From assembly GCA_041659785.1 (NCBI GenBank), contig JBAZXO010000004.1:13270-77269 (forward strand): a stretch of DNA of 64,000 bases, in the 5' to 3' direction. This stretch comes from Minisyncoccota bacterium. GTDB taxonomy: Bacteria; Patescibacteriota; Minisyncoccia; Phycocordibacterales; UBA9973. This document shows, in pieces, positions 1 through 8,153 of the stretch. The position numbers were made by a program, and so were the translations under genes. Numbering within the stretch: position 1 is the stretch's first letter; the number at the start of each line of letters is the position of its first letter. The notes beneath the pieces were generated by a model. That model saw only the letters and a program-made list of their open reading frames with translations. It searched no databases and was not told where the DNA came from.

Positions 1-323
1 CAGGAGATATATTCGTTTCTCCATCATTTGCAGAGCTAGAAGGTATGACGGTGCTCGAAGCTATGGCTTGTGGCAAGCCAATCATTGTTCCAAATGCAGA
101 GATGAATGCTGCAAGGTTTTTCGTAGATGGTAATGGTTTCCTATTTAAAACAGCAGACCATCTCGACCTGGCATCTAAAATTTTACAATTATTTACTAAC
201 CCAGAATTACGAAAGAAAATGGGAGAAGTTAGTTTTGAAAAGAGTAAACATTATGATATACATAAGAGCGTTGACCTATTAGAAGAAACTTATTATTCAG
301 CATTAAGAAGTAATAGAAAATGA
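1..323 (+). CDS. GT4 family glycosyltransferase, C-terminal part (5' truncated by window edge)
   Basis: EGMTVLEAMACGKPII is the GT-B ExxxxxxxE motif; frame is open to the window start. Confidence 0.85.
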   Translation, partial: GDIFVSPSFAELEGMTVLEAMACGKPIIVPNAEMNAARFFVDGNGFLFKTADHLDLASKILQLFTNPELRKKMGEVSFEKSKHYDIHKSVDLLEETYYSALRSNRK

Positions 324-1129
324 CAGAATCATATTTAGAAGAGAAAGGTATTTATTATAGAACGAATGAATTCAAACCTGACAGACTAACTCTGGTCTTC
401 GTGCACGGGGTTTCTGGTTCTTCTTCTGCATGGTGGCCTTATGAAAAAATATTTGAAAATAAATATAATGTATTAAATTACGACATTCGTGGACATGGCA
501 TGTCTAAGAAATACCCCCATTATGAAGATTATGAAATTGAAAATTTTGCAGAGGATTTACATGATTTGATTTCTCATTTAAAAATTTCAAAATTTATTCT
601 AATAAGTAATTCATTCGCGGCCCTTGTTCATTTAGAATATTTAAAATTATGGAAAGATACTGTGAGTGCAAATGTATTTACTTCTCCAGAGGTATATTTG
701 AATAAAGGTGTGTTAGCAAAAATTTCTCTACCTATTCTCAAGTTATCAGAAGTAATACCATTCAGTCCTAAACCTCGCGGTCATGTTGATTATAGAAAAC
801 ATATCAATTCAACTGATTGGAACATAAAAAGAAATGTGGCAGATATGAGAAATACGACACTACGTGTGCATTTCTTTGCTTTAAGGCAATCTTTTGCCCA
901 TAAAGGAGATTACGAATTAGAGAAAATAAATGTACCCACTCTTGTCATGCACGGAGAGAAAGATACAATGATACCCATGAAAAATGCAATTATAATGCAT
1001 AAAGAAATAAAAAATTCTGAATTCGTAAGCATCCCCAATGTTGACCACAACACTGTTCACAATGGTGTAAAAATAATGTCCGAAGCCATAGAATCTTTTA
1101 TAGAAAAGAACAAGAAATCTTTACTCTAA
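320..1129 (+). CDS. Alpha/beta fold hydrolase
   Basis: FVHGVSGS, YDIRGHGMS, PTLVMHGEKD and distal His; nucleophile elbow is atypical (SNSFA). Confidence 0.85.
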   Translation: MTESYLEEKGIYYRTNEFKPDRLTLVFVHGVSGSSSAWWPYEKIFENKYNVLNYDIRGHGMSKKYPHYEDYEIENFAEDLHDLISHLKISKFILISNSFAALVHLEYLKLWKDTVSANVFTSPEVYLNKGVLAKISLPILKLSEVIPFSPKPRGHVDYRKHINSTDWNIKRNVADMRNTTLRVHFFALRQSFAHKGDYELEKINVPTLVMHGEKDTMIPMKNAIIMHKEIKNSEFVSIPNVDHNTVHNGVKIMSEAIESFIEKNKKSLL

Positions 1130-1155
1130 ATTATTTAATTTGGTATAATTAAAGT

Positions 1156-1794
1156 ATGCAATCTTATAAAACTCATTTTGCAGACAGGAGCTTTGTTTTG
1201 TCATTTCTAGGTGGCTTACTTTTATTAGCTACAAGCTTTGTCACTCAATTTTTTGTAAGCGACTATGTTGCTCGTTCATCTAGCGCACCTGTCACTGATA
1301 TAGTGCTGTCTAACACCAGAGTATATGAAGTAGGAGGAATTTTTGTATGGGGGGCGATCTTACAAGCTTGTATAGTTATTTTTATCGGACTTAGACATAT
1401 AAACTACGCACCGTTTATATTGAAAAGTGTTGCCCTTTTTACTTTGATAAGATCATTTTTTGTTAGCCTTACTCACATCGGCCCTTTTCCCACTCAAGCA
1501 ATAATAAATTCAGATTTTTTTACTAAGGAAGTTTTTAATGGTATTTTTACCGGTAATGACCTTTTCTTTTCTGGGCATACTGGTTTTCCATTTTTACTTG
1601 CTTTAATCTTTTGGGAAAATGAAACTCTCAGGATAATTTTCCTTTGTTTCTCTGCCCTATTCGGAATAGTGGTCCTTTTAGGCCATCTACATTATTCTAT
1701 AGATGTCTTATCTGCCTTTTTCATAACCTTCAGTATTTTCCATATTTGTAAATTCCTATTCAAAAAAGACTGGCAGCTATTTTTGAAAAAATAA
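1156..1794 (+). CDS. PAP2_C / sphingomyelin-synthase-like membrane phosphotransferase
   Basis: DLFFSGHT and HYSIDV motifs with about six TM helices. Confidence 0.75.
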   Translation: MQSYKTHFADRSFVLSFLGGLLLLATSFVTQFFVSDYVARSSSAPVTDIVLSNTRVYEVGGIFVWGAILQACIVIFIGLRHINYAPFILKSVALFTLIRSFFVSLTHIGPFPTQAIINSDFFTKEVFNGIFTGNDLFFSGHTGFPFLLALIFWENETLRIIFLCFSALFGIVVLLGHLHYSIDVLSAFFITFSIFHICKFLFKKDWQLFLKK

Positions 1795-1815
1795 ATTTTC
1801 TGCTATTATAGGGTA

Positions 1816-3030
1816 ATGAAATATTGTAAAGATTGTGAACCGGCGCAGGAAATACATGCAGTGGCGTATCTATCAGTAGTTATGGGTTGGCTAGACCAGC
1901 CATTTTTTGATTTAATGGAAATGCTGTTTAAGAGCACCGCGGAGGCTATTTCTGATAAAATTTCCCTTCCCTTCTTCAAATTAATGATTGCGCTAAAATT
2001 AGGATATTGGACAGACGAACCAGATGATAAAGATACTTGGCGTACAAAATGCTTTTGGGATGAAGCAAAAAGGCGCGGTATAAAAATGCGCGAATTTCAC
2101 TTGGGTCCCATCAGAGATGGCTTTATAGCAGAATACTCGCCCCGCCATGGCGGGGCGAGTGGGGCAAGCAAAACAATAATCTTCGATGGACTACCTCGTC
2201 CTGGATTTAAAGAATCTGAATCTCTCAAATGGATGGACAATAAAGGCACCATGAAAATAAAATTTCTAAAGGAAGGCTTGCCTGTCGCTCCTGGTGGAGT
2301 AGCTTTTACTAAAAAACATGCCCTTGAAATTTTCAACAGCATACAGAAACCAGTCATTACAAAACCAAACCTAGGTTCTAGAAGCAGGCATACGATGATA
2401 CACATAAACACAGGAGAGGGTTTAATAATTGGTTTCAAAAAAGCAAAGAAACTTTCTCCGCTTGTCATCATTGAAGAAGAACTTCGTGGGGACTTATTCC
2501 GAGGAACATTGATTGGCGGAAAATTAGCTGGCGTAGTGAAACGTGATCAACCCGCCGTAACAGGTGATGGAGTTCACATATTAAGTGAATTATTAGAAAA
2601 AGAAAACGAAAGACCAGAAAGAAATGGACCAATTTTCCATAAAATACCCGTCGACAAAGAAGCTGAAATAGAATTAAAAAGACAAAATATTACTATGAGC
2701 GATATCCCAGAAAAAGGTAAGCTTGTAACATTTTCACAAAAGACAAGTCGTGGTTGTGGTGGAACGACTACCGAGGTCACCGACATCGTTCATCCTGACA
2801 ATAAAGAGATGCTCGAACACGTCGGTACTTTTCTGAAAGATCCACTCGTGGGTGTAGATTTTATAATTGAAGACATCACAAAATCTTGGAAAGAGGAACA
2901 ACATTGCGGAATTATTGAATGTAACAGTCTCCCCTTCATAGACCTTCACCATTACGTAATGTTCGGCAAATCAAACAACGTCGCCGGCAAGCTCTGGGAT
3001 CTAGTCTGGCCAGAAACTAAAATAGATTAA
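1816..3030 (+). CDS. ATP-grasp ligase resembling the cyanophycin synthetase N-domain / GshF C-domain
   Basis: PVITKPNLGSRS, VTGDG, GVDFII, IIECNSLP; no Mur-ligase domain. Confidence 0.75.
   Translation: MKYCKDCEPAQEIHAVAYLSVVMGWLDQPFFDLMEMLFKSTAEAISDKISLPFFKLMIALKLGYWTDEPDDKDTWRTKCFWDEAKRRGIKMREFHLGPIRDGFIAEYSPRHGGASGASKTIIFDGLPRPGFKESESLKWMDNKGTMKIKFLKEGLPVAPGGVAFTKKHALEIFNSIQKPVITKPNLGSRSRHTMIHINTGEGLIIGFKKAKKLSPLVIIEEELRGDLFRGTLIGGKLAGVVKRDQPAVTGDGVHILSELLEKENERPERNGPIFHKIPVDKEAEIELKRQNITMSDIPEKGKLVTFSQKTSRGCGGTTTEVTDIVHPDNKEMLEHVGTFLKDPLVGVDFIIEDITKSWKEEQHCGIIECNSLPFIDLHHYVMFGKSNNVAGKLWDLVWPETKID
2135..2169 (+). repeat. Family A palindrome inserted in-frame (SPRHGGASGAS)
   Basis: Perfect 26-bp palindrome ACTCGCCCCGCCATGGCGGGGCGAGT followed by GGGGCAAGC. 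Confidence 0.85.
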
Positions 3031-3521
3031 TTTTTATTTAAAGTAACTTCTGATTTCGGATCAAAAGCATCTGGATCCATTTTTAAGTGTGAAATATATT
3101 TTTCTTGAGTTACGAAATCTCCTAAAAATTTTAAGAAGTCTTCTGTTTTATCCACTTCCCCTTTTTCTTCCATATGTTCGAGTGGATGCGCTTCTGGTGT
3201 ATATTCAAAATGCCCACAAATTTCCCCATCATTATAAACTCGCAAATGGTATTGATCCTGAAAGTCTGTTAATTTTCTCCAACTCAATACTTGGTCTTCA
3301 TCTATCCAAGCAATGAAATGGTTTCCAAAACCCCATTTACTATGAAGATGGTTTTTTAATTCCTCTAGAGTTTTCCCCGCTGTGAGCCAGCCAATGTGGT
3401 ATTTTTGTCTACCCTTTTTGTGCCAGACAATACCCATCTTCAAAAGAAATTTTCTTGTAGGCAAAAAGAAACTGTAAATAAAGGTCCAGATTTTTTGTTT
3501 GATTTTATCGAAAAAAGTCAT
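3027..3521 (-). CDS. Hypothetical protein
   Basis: 164-aa ORF with typical composition; starts 8 nt downstream of tRNA-Ser(ACT). Confidence 0.7.
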   Translation of the reverse strand: MTFFDKIKQKIWTFIYSFFLPTRKFLLKMGIVWHKKGRQKYHIGWLTAGKTLEELKNHLHSKWGFGNHFIAWIDEDQVLSWRKLTDFQDQYHLRVYNDGEICGHFEYTPEAHPLEHMEEKGEVDKTEDFLKFLGDFVTQEKYISHLKMDPDAFDPKSEVTLNKN

Positions 3522-3528
3522 AATTTCT

Positions 3529-3618
3529 TGGCGGAGAGAGAGGGATTCGAACCCTCGGTCCTTTTAAAGGGACGACAGTTTAGTAAACTGTTGGTTTAAG
3601 CCACTCACCCATCTCTCC
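3529..3618 (-). tRNA. tRNA-Ser(ACT)
   Basis: Acceptor GGAGAGA/TCTCTCC, G73, encoded CCA, long variable arm, anticodon arm ACAGT-TTACTAA-ACTGT, T-loop TTCGAAT. Confidence 0.9.
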
Positions 3619-3739
3619 ATACATTTACCAATAATCTCTCCTAAACCTAAGGACAGCATAACAGAAAAAGTGTACCCTGTCACTCGCGAACAACGGGGTG
3701 GAAAAACAACAGTAATATGCTAGAGTAATTAAGTTCCAC

Positions 3740-3831
3740 GGAGCCGTGTCAGAGTGGTCTAACGTACCTCTTTGCTAAAGAGGCAAGGGCTTCAAAACCC
3801 TTCGACGGTTCGAATCCGTCCGGCTCCGCCA
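3740..3831 (+). tRNA. tRNA-Ser(GCT)
   Basis: Acceptor GGAGCCG/CGGCTCC, anticodon arm CCTCT-TTGCTAA-AGAGG, long variable arm, CCA. Confidence 0.95.
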
Positions 3832-3834
3832 ACA

Positions 3835-3871
3835 AAAAAGCTTACGAAGGTCTGTCCTTCGTAAGCTTTTT
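3835..3871. terminator. Bidirectional terminator / family F hairpin
   Basis: AAAAAGCTTACGAAGG-TCTGT-CCTTCGTAAGCTTTTT between convergent genes. Confidence 0.75.
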
Positions 3872-3882
3872 AAAATCGTATT

Positions 3883-4233
3883 TTATTTCTTTAGTTTCTT
3901 AACAGTCTTTTTAACTACCTTGCCTGCTCCCCTCCACTCAGCCTTCATTTTCTTAGCAAGAGCATTTATATCTTTCTCGTGAAGTTTGTATTGCTTAGCG
4001 TAATTTTTTGACACAGTATCTACAGCCTTGTGATAAAGGGGCACAGTCACTGCTTTAGCTTTCTTAACTTCTTTAGTTACCTCTTTCTTCATCTTGGTCG
4101 CTAATGCTGAAACTTTCTTTTGATGAGCCTTCGCATTGGGTCCTAATAAATAAAAAGCTCCTGCCCCGACGGCTGCTAATCCTGCTCCTATTGCTACTTT
4201 CTTACCAACTGACATTTTTTTATTTTTTACCAT
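3883..4233 (-). CDS. YtxH-like basic protein with N-terminal membrane anchor
   Basis: AIGAGLAAVGAGAFYLLGP followed by Lys-rich helix. Confidence 0.6.
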   Translation of the reverse strand: MVKNKKMSVGKKVAIGAGLAAVGAGAFYLLGPNAKAHQKKVSALATKMKKEVTKEVKKAKAVTVPLYHKAVDTVSKNYAKQYKLHEKDINALAKKMKAEWRGAGKVVKKTVKKLKK

Positions 4234-4261
4234 AATTCTTTTTTGTTAAAACTTTTAATAA

Positions 4262-4513
4262 TTAATTTTTACGACTTTTCTTCTTTTTTCCAAAGATAAA
4301 ACGAAATATTGCACTATCACGCATATCCTCGAGAGCTTCTTTGGTAGTGTCTCCAATGTTATTTACATCTTTTTCTATTCGTTCAAGTATTCTAGAAAGG
4401 GTGTCCGTAGCGCGAATAAGATAAAATAAAAATACAGCGACCAGTATCCCCAAGACGATAAAGCCAACAGATGATATAAAAAAGAAAACTTGTGCTTGTA
4501 AAAGCGTATTCAT
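4262..4513 (-). CDS. YtxG/DUF948-like small membrane protein (start MNTLLQ)
   Basis: TM helix then coiled segment; TATAAT 6 nt upstream of the ATG at 4513; paired with YtxH-like gene. Confidence 0.6.
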   Translation of the reverse strand: MNTLLQAQVFFFISSVGFIVLGILVAVFLFYLIRATDTLSRILERIEKDVNNIGDTTKEALEDMRDSAIFRFIFGKKKKSRKN

Positions 4514-4550
4514 AATTACATTATATGCCATTTAGTTATATAATTCAAAC

Positions 4551-6746
4551 ATGCAATTTAGTGACAGGCTAGAAACAAAATTTCGCCTAGACGTAAACCA
4601 GAAAAAAGCTTTAAATAAGCTAAATATTTTTTCTATAGCCGACCTGCTCTTCCACTTCCCTGTACGTTATAGCGACATAAGTGAAGTAAAGAAAATAACA
4701 GACCTGATTCCTGGAGACATGGCGACGGTTTATGGTAAAGTCTCAAAGCTTAAAACTAAAAAGTCTTTCCATTCAAAAATACCAATGGCCGAAGGTGAAA
4801 TAGAAGACCTATCTGGAAAAATAAAAATAACTTGGTTTAATCAAGCTTACCTCGCCAAGATGATAAAAAATGGTGAAAATGTAAAATTAACTGGAAAAGT
4901 TACAGAAGGAAAAAATGGCATTTATTTAGCCAATCCAGAATTTGAAAAAATGTCTAATATGCCAATAGATGCACACGACACACTCTTTAAAAAAGACGGT
5001 ATCTCAAATGCAGGTTTTTCATATCCGATCTATGCAGAGACTCGTGGTATAACTTCTAAGTGGTTTTATCATGCGATAGAAAAAATATTCAAAGAACACA
5101 CATTAGATAATATCGAGGACTATATTCCTGAAGAAATTTTAAAAAAATATCACCTACCTACTTTAAAAAGTGCTCTCATCTGGATCCATAAACCAAAAAA
5201 TAAAAATGATGCAGAGTCTGCACGTAAAAGATTCGCTTTTGAAGAAGTTTTCTGTATTCAGCTAGAACGCCAACATGATAAATTTGAATACAGGAAAAAC
5301 AAATCTTTCAAAATAGAAAAAAATATAAAAGAAACGGAAGAATTTTTAAAACGTTTTCCTTTCAAACCTACAAAATCACAGGAAAAATCAATTGAAACAA
5401 TCTTGAGTGATATGGGAAGAAATTTCCCAATGTCTAGACTCCTTGAAGGTGATGTCGGAAGTGGCAAGACTGCTGTCGCGGCGACAGCTTCTTATGTTGC
5501 AGTAAAACAACGCCCCCAAGACAAAAATGGAAAGGTGCAAACTTTCGGTAATTTACAAGTAGCCTATATGGCACCAACAGAAATCCTTGCTGCCCAACAC
5601 TTCGAGTCTTTTATAGAATATTTTTCACCCCGCCATGGCGGGGCAAGTCTCCCTCTAAACATCGGGCTTATAACAGGGTCAGGTTGTCGTAAATTCCCTT
5701 CTAAAGTAAACCCTAGTGGATGGACCACCATATCCCGCGCCCAACTCCTGAAATGGGTGGCAAATGGAGAAATACCAATTCTAATAGGCACCCATGCTCT
5801 CATCCAAAAAACTGTTAAATTTAAAAATCTTGCTTTGGTAGTGATAGATGAACAGCATCGCTTCGGCACAGCCCAGAGGAGAAAGCTTGTTCGTAAAGAT
5901 AACATTGCCCCGCATTTATTATCTATGACAGCCACTCCTATCCCCCGTACGCTCGCTTTAACTATCTACGGCGACTTAGATTTATCACTTCTCGACGAGA
6001 TGCCAATGGGGCGAAAACAAATAATTACCGAAATAATCACACCCAATAAACGTGAGCAAACTTATGAACAAATAAGGTTAGAACTTAAAGCTGGCAGACA
6101 GCTCTATGTTATCTGTCCTAGAATAAATGAGCCTGATCCAGAAAAAGAAATGGCTTTAAATGTAAAATCTGTAACAGCCGAAGCCAAACGTTTAAAAAAA
6201 GAAGTTTTCCAAGAATATGAAATAAGTGTACTGCATAGCAAAATGAGTAAAGAAAAGAAAGAAAAAGTTATGGAGGAATTTACAGAAGGTAAAATAAATA
6301 TTTTGTGTGCCACATCAGTGGTTGAAGTCGGTGTAAATGTCCCCAATGCCACAATCATAATTATCGAGGGGGCAGAGCGTTTCGGCCTGGCACAACTCCA
6401 CCAACTACGTGGACGTGTCATTCGAAGTTCACATCAAGCATATTGTTATATCTTTGCCGAAGCAAAAACTGAAAAAACAATTGAACGATTAAAAGCACTT
6501 AAAACTGCCAAGAATGGTTTCGAATTAGCTGAGCTCGACCTCGCATTGCGAGGAGCGGGAGAGCTCGGTGGTACTAAACAATGGGGCATCACCGACCTCG
6601 GCATGGAAGCAATAAAAAATATAAAAATGGTAGAAGCCGCCAGAACGGAAGCAATTACTTTAATAGAAAAAGATCCCGAGTTAACGGGATACCCTCTCTT
6701 AAAACAAAAAGTTCACGAAAAAGCTGGCGAATTTCATTTCGAATAA
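4551..6746 (+). CDS. recG: ATP-dependent DNA helicase RecG
   Basis: LLEGDVGSGKT, MAPTEILA, DEQHRFG, MTATPIPRT, FGLAQLHQLRGRV. Confidence 0.97.
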   Translation: MQFSDRLETKFRLDVNQKKALNKLNIFSIADLLFHFPVRYSDISEVKKITDLIPGDMATVYGKVSKLKTKKSFHSKIPMAEGEIEDLSGKIKITWFNQAYLAKMIKNGENVKLTGKVTEGKNGIYLANPEFEKMSNMPIDAHDTLFKKDGISNAGFSYPIYAETRGITSKWFYHAIEKIFKEHTLDNIEDYIPEEILKKYHLPTLKSALIWIHKPKNKNDAESARKRFAFEEVFCIQLERQHDKFEYRKNKSFKIEKNIKETEEFLKRFPFKPTKSQEKSIETILSDMGRNFPMSRLLEGDVGSGKTAVAATASYVAVKQRPQDKNGKVQTFGNLQVAYMAPTEILAAQHFESFIEYFSPRHGGASLPLNIGLITGSGCRKFPSKVNPSGWTTISRAQLLKWVANGEIPILIGTHALIQKTVKFKNLALVVIDEQHRFGTAQRRKLVRKDNIAPHLLSMTATPIPRTLALTIYGDLDLSLLDEMPMGRKQIITEIITPNKREQTYEQIRLELKAGRQLYVICPRINEPDPEKEMALNVKSVTAEAKRLKKEVFQEYEISVLHSKMSKEKKEKVMEEFTEGKINILCATSVVEVGVNVPNATIIIIEGAERFGLAQLHQLRGRVIRSSHQAYCYIFAEAKTEKTIERLKALKTAKNGFELAELDLALRGAGELGGTKQWGITDLGMEAIKNIKMVEAARTEAITLIEKDPELTGYPLLKQKVHEKAGEFHFE
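5624..5647 (+). repeat. Family A palindrome inserted in-frame in recG (SPRHGGAS)
   Basis: TTCACCCCGCCATGGCGGGGCAAG. Confidence 0.85.
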
Positions 6747-7435
6747 AAGTCTGGATTTATTTTAACCCCGGCTTTTTCAAAAAAATCTAAATTGTACGTG
6801 ATAACCTCTACGACTTCTTCATAAGCTCTTTTTTGACCTTGATCTTTTAAAACTTTTAATAATTGTCTAGATACAGGAACAAAACTCCTGCCAATAATTT
6901 TATTAATCATCTCTCCGTTTTCAGGTAAATTATTTCCAAAAACAACAACAAAATGATTACCTTGAATCGTGTCAATAAACTTCGCGACCAAGGCTTCCAA
7001 TTTTTCTACATTTTCAAATCCATTTTCCATCTCGTCAAACCATTTAAGCATTTGATCTAAAATTTCTTTAGGTAAAGTTTCACCCATTTTTTCTATTTCT
7101 TTTCTCTCGACGATATGTTTGTCAGCTCCTTTACCTGCGACTTGAGCAAATTGAGAAATATCTCCTTCAAATGTCTCTCCTAAATCATGACCCCAAAGTC
7201 TTTCATAAATTTCTGTTGTATCTACCAGACCATCCAAAGAAGGACAAATACGTCTTAAGTAAAACCAAAATCCAATACAAGCCCACTGGTGGCCTAAAAT
7301 TGATTCGTGTTTACCTGCTTTTATATTCTCTTCTAGATAAGGAGTCTCACTCCAGCGATACTGCCAATTCCCATTATATGCATGAGACATAAACTTATAT
7401 ATACCATCAAGAGATTCATTAATATTATTTTTCAT
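6734..7435 (-). CDS. HD-domain hydrolase (YfbR/HDDC2-like 5'-deoxynucleotidase)
   Basis: ESILGH, HDLGETFEGDI, KFIDTIQ. Confidence 0.75.
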   Translation of the reverse strand: MKNNINESLDGIYKFMSHAYNGNWQYRWSETPYLEENIKAGKHESILGHQWACIGFWFYLRRICPSLDGLVDTTEIYERLWGHDLGETFEGDISQFAQVAGKGADKHIVERKEIEKMGETLPKEILDQMLKWFDEMENGFENVEKLEALVAKFIDTIQGNHFVVVFGNNLPENGEMINKIIGRSFVPVSRQLLKVLKDQGQKRAYEEVVEVITYNLDFFEKAGVKINPDFYSK

Positions 7436-7457
7436 AAAAATACGAACCTAAAAATAA

Positions 7458-8015
7458 TTATTTATAGTCTGGCTTAATCTCAGGGGCTCCTTCGATATGA
7501 CTAGAAATTCTTGCAAATGCATAAAGAAGACTAGAGAGCCTGTTTAAGTAAGACATCGTCTCTGCGCTCACATTTATTTTTCCTTCTTCTTTTGCAGCTA
7601 CTACTCTCCTCTCTGCTTTCCTAGACAAGGTGCGCGCAAAATCAAAAATTCCCCCTATCTCTGTCGCTCCACTGATAAAGAAATTTTTAATTGGCGGCAA
7701 AACTTTTTCAATTTCATCTACCATCGTTTCAATCTTGGTAATTTTTTCTGTTGTGATAGAGAGAGTAGCGCCAGCAACTTCTGCTTGAACAATAAATAAA
7801 TTCTGCTGAACCTCTAAAATAAGATCGGAAAATTTTACTTCACCGCTATTTATTTTAAAACTCATTCCTTTTGTTTTAGCGCGAGTAAGACCCAAAAAAG
7901 AATTTATCTCATCTAAAGTACCAAGGGCTTCTGCCACAGTCGAACTCTTGGAGATGCGTTGATCACATCCAAAAGTTTTTGTTGTGCCATTGTCCCCTTT
8001 TCTAGTGTAAAGCAT
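7458..8015 (-). CDS. PduO-type cob(I)alamin adenosyltransferase
   Basis: YTRKGDNGTT, GTLDEINS, RTLSRKAER, YLNRLSSLLY. Confidence 0.93.
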   Translation of the reverse strand: MLYTRKGDNGTTKTFGCDQRISKSSTVAEALGTLDEINSFLGLTRAKTKGMSFKINSGEVKFSDLILEVQQNLFIVQAEVAGATLSITTEKITKIETMVDEIEKVLPPIKNFFISGATEIGGIFDFARTLSRKAERRVVAAKEEGKINVSAETMSYLNRLSSLLYAFARISSHIEGAPEIKPDYK

Positions 8016-8027
8016 ATATTTATTTTA

Positions 8028-8152
8028 TCACAAACTCGTCGCAGGCGTACTTTTTAGAATGCCTTGCGCAGGCGGACGCGCCGAGCAGTTCGCTGGGCTA
8101 GCAAGCCCAGATAGATTGCATTATAAAAAGTATGCCTAGAGAGAGTTTGTGA
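8028..8152. repeat. Family D long hairpin element
   Basis: ACTTTTTAGAATG...CATTATAAAAAGT inner arms, extended outer stem, GC-rich branched loop. Confidence 0.7.
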
Positions 8153-8153
8153 C

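Noticed and set aside
3396-3599. ORFs overlapping tRNAs (also 11764-11967 and 59368-59673)
   Set aside because: They are antisense translations of tRNA genes.
3529-3618. AGR reassignment to Ser suggested by tRNA-Ser(ACT)
   Set aside because: AGA encodes conserved Arg in ribosomal proteins and tRNA-Arg(TCT) is present.
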